A DNA stretch of 42,237 nucleotides from Eubacteriales bacterium. Lineage in GTDB: Bacteria; Bacillota; Clostridia; Oscillospirales; CAG-272. Of the stretch, positions 7,856 through 15,300 are shown piece by piece; the first letter of the stretch is position 1; every line of letters starts with the position of its first letter. Made by a program: the position numbers and the translations under genes. A model generated the notes under the pieces. That model did not search any database. It saw only the letters and a list, made by a program, of their open reading frames with translations, and was not told the DNA's origin. The stretch spans positions 1-42,237 of the forward strand of contig JAZSBJ010000039.1 in the NCBI GenBank assembly GCA_045602305.1, written 5' to 3'.

Positions 7856-10459
7856 TTGAAACTTATCAGCTGTCAAATTGTAAACTTTGGTTGCCTTTCC
7901 GATTTTTCCGTTTCCTTTGACGACGGGCTGAATATCCTATATGCCCAAAACGGCAGAGGAAAAAGCACCTTTGCCGCATTCTTGAAGGCGATGTTCTACG
8001 GACTTCCCTCTAACCGCCGTGCGGGGCTCGACAACGAGCGCCGCCGCTATACGCCTTGGCAGGGCGGCTCGTTTGGCGGCTCGCTTTGCTTTGCGGTGGA
8101 AAAGACCGAATATCGCCTAGAGCGCTTCTTTGGCGCAAAGGAAAAGGACGACCGCTTTGCACTATATCATCTTGCGACGGGCAACCCCTCGACGCGCTAT
8201 TCCGCGGCGATTGGGGAAGAGCTATTCGGTGTGGATGCGGACGGCTTTGAAAGAAGCCTTTACATTTCGCAATCGCTTCCCTTCTTGCCCCCCGACAACA
8301 ACAGCATCCGTGCGCGATTGGGCGCACTTCTCGACGCCTCGGACGACCTTGGTAAATTTGAAAAGGCGGACGAGCTTTTGGACGACGCGCGCCGTCATTA
8401 CCGCGCGCAGGGAGAAAGAGGACTGATTCCCGAGCTTTCCCTTGCGATCCGCGAAAAGGAAACGGCGATCGCTGATGCGCGCACGGCTGAGGAAACTGCA
8501 CGCGCGCTTGCCGAGGAGAGGCAAGCCATTGAAGAAAAGAAGGGCGAGATTGCCGCCGCCCTCACCGAAGCGCGCGAAAAGCGCATTGAAGCGGAAAAGC
8601 GCCGCATTTGGGATGAGCAAAGCGCAAGCTATCGCTCCTTGCTTGATTTAAGAGAAGCAACGAGAGGACAGCTTCTTCCCTTTGAAGAGTTCTTTGCGCC
8701 CCATTTGCCGACCGATGAAGAATTGCTTGCCGCCGAGCAGGACGAAACGGAAACGACAACGCTCTCGGCACAGCTTGCACACGCCCGCCTTTCCGAGGAA
8801 GAAGAGGCGACTTTAGCCCGTCTTTCGGCAAGGTACGGCGAAAACGCACCCGACGGCACCTTTATGGACGGCTTGCGCGACACACTCACCGCTTGGCGGC
8901 GCGCCAAGGAAAAGCGGCGCGCGACCGAGGCACGCATTCAAGCGCAAAAGGACCCCGTGTATCTGCGCTTTGAGGCGCACACGCCCACCGAGGGAGAAAG
9001 AGCCGCCATTCGCGCGGCAAAGGACGCACTTGAGGACGCAGGGGCATATCTCTATGCCGATGCAAAGCCCGAACGCCCCTCGCTCTCTCTCATTCTCTCC
9101 GCAGTTGGCAGTGGCTTATTTGCCGCCGTTTCCGTTTTGGGCTTTGTTTTATCCCTGCTCGCGCTTGCCATTCCCGCACTCGTTTTGACCGTTGCCTCTT
9201 TCGTTTTTCTCGTCTTGCAGTGGAAGAAAAGAGGACGCCCGACATCAAGCGGTGCTTCGCGGTTGGAAGAATACCGCGTGCGGCAACGCAGGCTTGCGTT
9301 TCTTCTCACCCCCTTTGGCTACACCGAAAAGGACCCGCTTCTCTGTGCCGCACGCTTCTTTGACGATCTTGCAAGATACGAAATGAGCCGCGAGGAAGAG
9401 GCGGCGCTTCGCCAAGCCCTTGAGGAGCAAAGCCAAAAGGAGAGCGTTGCCTTGATGGCGCTCACCGCCTATTTTAAGGAAGCGGACGTTCCCGACCCCG
9501 AGGCTGAGGCGTCACGCATCGAAGCCGAGATCCCCATTCTTAAGCTACTTCTTCAAAAGAGAGCCGATCTTGCCACGCGCCGCACGCTTTTGAGCGCATC
9601 GCTTGACGCGGCTGCGGGACGCTTGCAAGCATTTCTTTCGCATTACCCTGCCTTAGAGGGCGTGCCCCCGCGCACGGCGCTTGATACCGTAAAGCAAAAT
9701 ATGCTTCTCTCCAAGCAGGCACTCGACGCGTACACCGCGGCGCGCAACCGCGTGGCAAACTATCTGCAAAACACGCGCTTCGACCCCGATGCGCCCCCGC
9801 CCCCCTATCAGGGTGACGCGCGCGGGCTTGAGGAAGCCGAGCAAGCGCTCCAAAGAGCGCTGACCGACCTTGAAGCTCTCTCCTCGGTAAAGGCGAACGA
9901 GCGCGCGCATCTGCTTGAAATCGCGGCGACCATTCCCACGCTCATCGCGGAAAAGGAAGCGCTGGAGAAGGAGAAGGCAGAGGCAGAGCATACGCTCTCC
10001 CTCATCCTCACGACCAAAACCCTCTTGAAGGACGCCAAGGACGATCTCGCCACGCGCTATTTGCGCGATATGGAGATGCACTTCGACCGCTATTATCAAA
10101 AGCTCACCGTAGACCCGAGCGCGGAAATGCCCGCCGACGGCTCTCGCGTTACGAGCTTTTCGATGGATACTTCCCTCGCCCTCTCTTGCGAAGCATACGG
10201 AGAAAGGCGCCCCGTCGGCGTTCTGTCGCGCGGTGAGCGCGATCTCGCTTTCTTTGCGGCGCGGCTTTCCTTGCTCGAATCCATCTTCCATAAGGAAGCT
10301 CCCTTCCTGCTTCTTGACGATCCCTTCATCAATCTTGACGACGGGAACTACGAGAAGGCGGCAAGACTCCTTTCTCAGCTCGCAGAGCGCTATCAGATCG
10401 TTTACACCGTTTGCTCCGTTTCGCGCCTGCCCGCCGAGCTTCCCCTTAAGAAAATATAA
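7856..10459 (+). CDS. SMC/SbcC-like AAA ATPase, YhaN/SbcE-like, with a central pair of TM helices
   Basis: 867 aa. N-terminal Walker A is AQNGRGKSTF. Long coiled-coil-type E/A/R/L-rich arms follow. The C-terminus has LSRGERDLAFFAARL (signature-like) and FLLLDDPFINLD (Walker B). The hydrophobic stretch LSLILSAVGSGLFAAVSVLGFVLSLLALAIPALVLTVASFVFLVLQW lies mid-protein. TTG start with a GGAAAGGAAG ribosome-binding site. Confidence 0.85.
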   Translation: MKLISCQIVNFGCLSDFSVSFDDGLNILYAQNGRGKSTFAAFLKAMFYGLPSNRRAGLDNERRRYTPWQGGSFGGSLCFAVEKTEYRLERFFGAKEKDDRFALYHLATGNPSTRYSAAIGEELFGVDADGFERSLYISQSLPFLPPDNNSIRARLGALLDASDDLGKFEKADELLDDARRHYRAQGERGLIPELSLAIREKETAIADARTAEETARALAEERQAIEEKKGEIAAALTEAREKRIEAEKRRIWDEQSASYRSLLDLREATRGQLLPFEEFFAPHLPTDEELLAAEQDETETTTLSAQLAHARLSEEEEATLARLSARYGENAPDGTFMDGLRDTLTAWRRAKEKRRATEARIQAQKDPVYLRFEAHTPTEGERAAIRAAKDALEDAGAYLYADAKPERPSLSLILSAVGSGLFAAVSVLGFVLSLLALAIPALVLTVASFVFLVLQWKKRGRPTSSGASRLEEYRVRQRRLAFLLTPFGYTEKDPLLCAARFFDDLARYEMSREEEAALRQALEEQSQKESVALMALTAYFKEADVPDPEAEASRIEAEIPILKLLLQKRADLATRRTLLSASLDAAAGRLQAFLSHYPALEGVPPRTALDTVKQNMLLSKQALDAYTAARNRVANYLQNTRFDPDAPPPPYQGDARGLEEAEQALQRALTDLEALSSVKANERAHLLEIAATIPTLIAEKEALEKEKAEAEHTLSLILTTKTLLKDAKDDLATRYLRDMEMHFDRYYQKLTVDPSAEMPADGSRVTSFSMDTSLALSCEAYGERRPVGVLSRGERDLAFFAARLSLLESIFHKEAPFLLLDDPFINLDDGNYEKAARLLSQLAERYQIVYTVCSVSRLPAELPLKKI

Positions 10460-10475
10460 AAATAGCAAAAGAAAA

Positions 10476-10500
10476 ACGCCCCAAGGGGCGTATTTCTTTT
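10476..10500. terminator. Bidirectional terminator between convergent genes
   Basis: ACGCCCC (10476-10482), AA, GGGGCGT (10485-10491), flanked by an A-run and a T-rich tail. Confidence 0.8.
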
Positions 10501-10523
10501 CTTTCAGTTAATTACAAAGCTAT

Positions 10524-11585
10524 TTACCAACTTTTAAGAGGTGTAAATGCAGGATTGGGAACCGCAACCTCAATCTCTGCGCTTGCCACACTAAGCGGAA
10601 AGGGGTTCTCGTTTATGCTACGTGCTACAGTGACAGACGCTTTTTCGTCTAAAACAAACGCTTTTTCGATCGCCTTCTCCAAGCGTATTGCAAGCACATC
10701 GCAAAGTGCCATTTCTTCACAGCAATCTGCCATTTCCGGAAAACGGTTTTCCGAAAATCCAAAACTCTTTTCTGCTCGGTTTTTATCTTTTCCCAAAACT
10801 GCAACCTTAAAGAAATCAACGTTGAATAGGAAAGAAACACGAATGTTTTCTATGTTCGAGGACCTGTCTGCCACCTCATAGCGCTCCTTAAAGCAACCAA
10901 AGAGCCAATCGGCAATCTTATCCGTTAGCGGGCTTTGCGAAAAAAGTGCGGCACGCTCATCCATTCGAGCAAGGAACGCCGCTTTATAGCTTTCAATTTC
11001 ATCCATCGCTTGCTTTTCTTTTTTTCGAAACTCACTTTCGATCATATGACGCTTTTCTTCATACTTTTCCTCACATTCACGCAAAATTCCGTGAAGACGC
11101 TTGGTTAAACGCTTGTCAAGCCAGCTGTGAACGAGCAAAAACACAGGATATCCGATTGGACAAAGAATAATTGCATAAGTATATGCAACGATAGGACGAA
11201 GAAGCAACATAATGATTGGGAAACTAACGGCACCGCCAAGAGCACAGCTTAAGGCGCCGGAAACGCCCTTGTCGTTGCCAAAGACAGCCAACTGTTCCCA
11301 CAAGCCGAAAAATCCAATGATGGCACCAATAACAATCCCCACCGGGATCATCCAAAGCACCGAACTCTTTAATTTGAAAAAGCCAACAGCTCGAATATAT
11401 CCTCGAAAACTCCTTTCACATTCCAAAGAAAAAGCACCGACTGCCTTTTCTCTTGCTTCTTTTTCACCCTTTTTCTCTGCCTTTTTTTGAAGCTCTCCTA
11501 TTTTGTGGTTTGTTTTCTCCAAAGCGTCGTTGATTTCTTGTTCCTTTTGCTCCGCAAAATTTTGCGGAAATTCTGTAAAATCCAT
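10524..11585 (-). CDS. Hypothetical membrane protein: N-terminal K/E-rich helix, about 4 TM segments, soluble C-terminal domain
   Basis: The ORF is open to 11597 (GTG), but the ATG at 11585 has the better AAAGGTGA ribosome-binding site. The gene is visibly AT-richer than its neighbours. I recognise no family motif. Confidence 0.6.
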   Translation of the reverse strand: MDFTEFPQNFAEQKEQEINDALEKTNHKIGELQKKAEKKGEKEAREKAVGAFSLECERSFRGYIRAVGFFKLKSSVLWMIPVGIVIGAIIGFFGLWEQLAVFGNDKGVSGALSCALGGAVSFPIIMLLLRPIVAYTYAIILCPIGYPVFLLVHSWLDKRLTKRLHGILRECEEKYEEKRHMIESEFRKKEKQAMDEIESYKAAFLARMDERAALFSQSPLTDKIADWLFGCFKERYEVADRSSNIENIRVSFLFNVDFFKVAVLGKDKNRAEKSFGFSENRFPEMADCCEEMALCDVLAIRLEKAIEKAFVLDEKASVTVARSINENPFPLSVASAEIEVAVPNPAFTPLKSW

Positions 11586-11706
11586 AAGATTGATCACCTT
11601 TCGCTATTTTTACTTCTGTTTTGGAATTAATTTTATTATAATTCTGTTTTGGAATTTTGTCAAGTCCTTTTCGGGATATAATTCTAAAAAAGGATAAAGG
11701 GTGGCG

Positions 11707-11949
11707 ATGCAGATGAAACTTCGTAAAAAATCATATGGCGATGCAAATCTTATAGGAAGGAATGTCGAGCATCTTCGCAAGGCAAGGGGTATCAAGCAAA
11801 AGGATTTTATTGCAAAGATCCAAATTGAAGGATGCGATATGAACCCTACCAGTTATTCAAAGTTAGAAGGACAGTTGCGAAGCGTAACGGACAAGGAGCT
11901 TTTTGTGATTGCAAAACTTTTGGGCGTAGCTATGGAAGAGCTCTTTTAA
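11707..11949 (+). CDS. XRE (Cro/C1-type) helix-turn-helix transcriptional regulator
   Basis: About 80 aa. GRNVEHLRKARGIKQKDFIAKI...YSKLEGQLRSVTDKELFVIAKLLGVAMEELF is a typical HTH_3 layout. An AAAGG ribosome-binding site lies 6 nt before the ATG at 11707; the frame also opens at GTG 11701. Confidence 0.85.
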   Translation: MQMKLRKKSYGDANLIGRNVEHLRKARGIKQKDFIAKIQIEGCDMNPTSYSKLEGQLRSVTDKELFVIAKLLGVAMEELF

Positions 11950-11970
11950 ATTTGCACCCTTTAGTAATAC

Positions 11971-12012
11971 AAAAACCACAAGGCGAGAGATAACTTCGCC
12001 TTGTGGTTTTTT
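11971..12012. terminator. Strong hairpin terminator after the XRE gene
   Basis: AAAAACCACAAGGCGA (11971-11986), a 10-nt loop, TCGCCTTGTGGTTTTT (11997-12012). Confidence 0.85.
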
Positions 12013-12056
12013 ATAAAGTGTTTTTTGTCTACGGTTATGTCAAAAGATGTCGCGGC
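11980..12056. repeat. Copy 1 of a ~75-nt imperfect direct repeat (hairpin plus TTTTTTGTnTnCGGTTATGnCAAAA tail)
   Basis: By eye it aligns with 12238-12313: AAGGCGAGAGAT...CGCCTT...TTTTTTGTCTACGGTTATGTCAAAAGATGTCGCGGC against AAGGCGAGAGATG...CGCCTT...TTTTTTGTTTGCGGTTATGCCAAAATGCGTCAGCGCC. Confidence 0.7.
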
Positions 12057-12237
12057 TTTTGCTACAGCTCTGTTTTTAGGCAAAAGGGCTAGGCGGATTT
12101 TGAGCAGAATTTTTCGTTCTCGAGCGTGAGGCGTATATGCATACGTCGAGCGATGAGAACGAAAAAAGCAAACAAAAATTAAATTCCAATGGAGAAAACC
12201 GCAAGGTTTTCAACCTTAGACAATGCAAGAAATATAA

Positions 12238-12313
12238 AAGGCGAGAGATGAACTCTCGCCTTTGTTTTGAAAAATATTTTTTGTTTGCGGTTATGCCAAA
12301 ATGCGTCAGCGCC
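12238..12313. repeat. Copy 2 of the ~75-nt imperfect direct repeat. Its hairpin (12238-12263) doubles as the terminator of the five-gene operon.
   Basis: AAGGCGAGAG (12238-12247), loop ATGAA, CTCTCGCCTT (12253-12262). On the minus strand it is followed by TTTTATATTT, immediately 3' of the stop codon at 12314-12316. Confidence 0.7.
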
Positions 12314-15300
12314 TTAGTCCTCGGGGAAGAGGAACTGGAGCGTCAGGTTGCGGCTGTTGGGCCACAGCTGAACGCTTCTGTCAAGGAGCTTGTTGGCTTG
12401 CTTGTTCTTTCCGTCCTTGTTTACAAGGGCGCGAGCCTTTTCCTTGACGGCGTGGATACCGCCATCCGTCCAAAGATAACGGACGACCATATCGTACACG
12501 TTCTTATCCGCGCAACGGAATACCGCACAGGGCGCCGCCTTTTCAAAGGGACGCTCGCTGACTGCCTTAGCAAAGACCTTGGCAATCTGCTCCTCGTTGT
12601 ACGAGGTGAGATATCCGCCGTGGAAGCGGCAGTATTCGTGCTTGGTGGCACGGAATTCCTCAAGATCTCCAAAGAGCTCGGGGTCGGGCTCACGGACTGC
12701 CTTATCCTCGCCAAGCATATTCTCCTTGGCGGTGACGCAGAAGTAGCCGTAGCCGACGACGTTCTGATCGGCGTCACCTCTCTTGGTGTTCGAGGGATCG
12801 CCCCAAGTCACGTCGAGATAGTAGCAATACTTGCCGAGCTTAACGACGTTCCAAGCGTGCGTCTTGCTGACGACCTGACCGCAACAGATACCGACCGACT
12901 GCAAGAGGTACTGTGTCGCAACCGCATAACCGACGCATACGACCTTGTGGTCGACGAGCGCGCTATGCAAGGAGCGAAGCGTATCCTCTTCGCGCACATT
13001 CTGCCCTGCACCGCTGTCAAGACCGACACCGTCGTAGTCGAGGTTGAGGATCAAGCGGCGGTAGATGGTGAGCATCGCTTCGTAGGGATCCGTCTTTCTC
13101 GTGATGCCCTTGGTAAAGAACTTAACGTGGGCGCGAAGCTCTTTTCTGTGCTTCTGCACACGCGCAACGTCCACCTTACCGTCGGCACCGAGGCAACGGA
13201 AGCAGAGCGACAGGCTCTTGACCTTATCGCCCACGTGGCTGTAACGGAAGGTTTCCGTCCAGAAGAATTCGGGATAATCGTAAAGCACGAAGTAGAAGAT
13301 ACGGCGCACGGTCGCAAGCGGCATATCGTAGCACGGAATGGGCTCGTCGCTAAAGTCGGAGATGTGGCGCGCGATCTCGTTGTAAAGACGGATCTGAGGA
13401 TTTCTATCCTCTTCCGCCTCGTGCGGGATCAGCTCGCTTCCCGTCTTGAGCTTTGCGAGCTTGCCGTTCTTCTCGGCTTCGGGCTCCTTCGGTCTTTGCA
13501 TTCCGTCGGAAGCAGAGGAAGTATCGCCCTCGTCGGCACCTGCGTCGGCATCGCCCTCGTCGGGTGTGGTATCTCTTCCGTCGTTGCTATCGTCGTCGCT
13601 GGCGTGCTTGCCGCGCAGATAACGCTTCCAGAAGCGCGGTACGCGGTCGGGATCGTAGAGGGCATCGAGTCCCTCGTTGCCCGATTCGTCATCGTCGCCG
13701 GGGGTGGGAAGGATCTCTTCGGGACCGTCGGGAATGGCGTTTTCCACCACGAAGTCGAAGGAATTTCTGCCCGCATTGTCTGCGATATACTGCTTGATCT
13801 GTTCCACGAGAGGCAACCAGCTATCGGCGATCGCCGCACGGGTAAATTCCGCGCGCTCTGCGGCACCGATGCTGTCGAGGTAGCAAAGCTCCTCGTAGTA
13901 GAGCTGGGCGACTGCGGCAGTCGTGACACAGTTTTCATCTCTGTGCCATACCGAAAGGAGACCGCGCAACACCGCGACAAACATACAGTCACGCGGCAGG
14001 TCGCACTCGACCTCTACGCGGCGATCGGCATACGAGAGGCGGTAGAAATACTCGCTGAGCTCTTGTCCCTCTTCGAGCGAGAAGGGATCTGCGAGCGCAA
14101 AGCCCACGTTCTTCGGAAGCTCTCGGTCGGGGTACTTCTCTGCCCAATAGCTCTTGACCTCGTCGACCATACGGGAGAGGTCCTTATCCTCGCTGACCGC
14201 TTCGACCTGACAGTCAAAGCAGATGTATCTGTGCTCGTCGTAGATCGCATAGCGTCCCGTAACGAGAGGACGCTTACAGAAGGAGCAGTGCGTGGGCTTT
14301 TGCACCTCTTCCTCTTCCTTATCCTCACCGATCTTGCGCTCACAGTTGGCAAGAAGTGCAAGGCTTCCGTCGAGGTCGTATACCGAGGGCAGAGTGTCCG
14401 CGCCAAAGTAGATGTAATGTGCGTCCCCTGCGGGAAGCGTGGGATGCTCCTTGAGCCACTTGAGGTAGTCGAAGATGTAGGAGAACAGCTCCTCCATAAT
14501 GCGCGCACCGCCGTCGTACAGACGGTCGAGAATGCCCACATCCTCATCCGCGTCGTTCACGATGAGGAACTCTGCGACCTTCTCATCCTTTGCGGCGGGG
14601 CTATCTACGATATAGGGGTACAGCGTTTCAACGCATCCCTCGTAGCTCTCGTTGACCGACGCCTTCTCGGTGGGAGAAAGCAGAACGGGACAAACCGCAA
14701 CGCAACGGTAGGTTTCGGGGAACATCGTGCGAAGGAACTCGTTGAGCACGGCAGCAAGGAGCTTTCTCGTGCCGTCCGAGCATTTCTCGCGCGATACGAG
14801 GCGCACCGTGAGGATCTTTCCTGCCGAGAGGCGTCTTGCCTGCTCGTTCACCGTACGCTCGTCGAGATTCGGGTTACCGCCGACGCCTTCCTTAAAGTTG
14901 AGCGTCTGGCTGTTTGCCATCAAGCGATAGAAGCCGTAGGTTTCGCCAAGGATCTCCGCCTTTTCGTATCCGACGTCGATCTCCGCCAGCGTACCCGTGC
15001 TATAGTGATGCACACCGTGAAGCGCGCCCGTATCGGCACGGTCCTTCATCGTGTAGCGGCGAAGGAATGCCGTATCAAGGCAGGAGTTGTTGGTGATGTT
15101 TTCCTGACGCAGGTAAATGGTGCGGCGGTCGGGCGAAATCTTATCGATTTCATACTCGTGGTTGTCAAAAATGATGTACTGACCGGGCAAATACTGCTGA
15201 TATACACGGTCGGGGAAGGTATCGAGCGAGCCGATAACGGTACCGTGGAGCGAAAGCTCGACACGGGTATTGTTGGAGAGCAGCTTCTCGAACACCTCTT

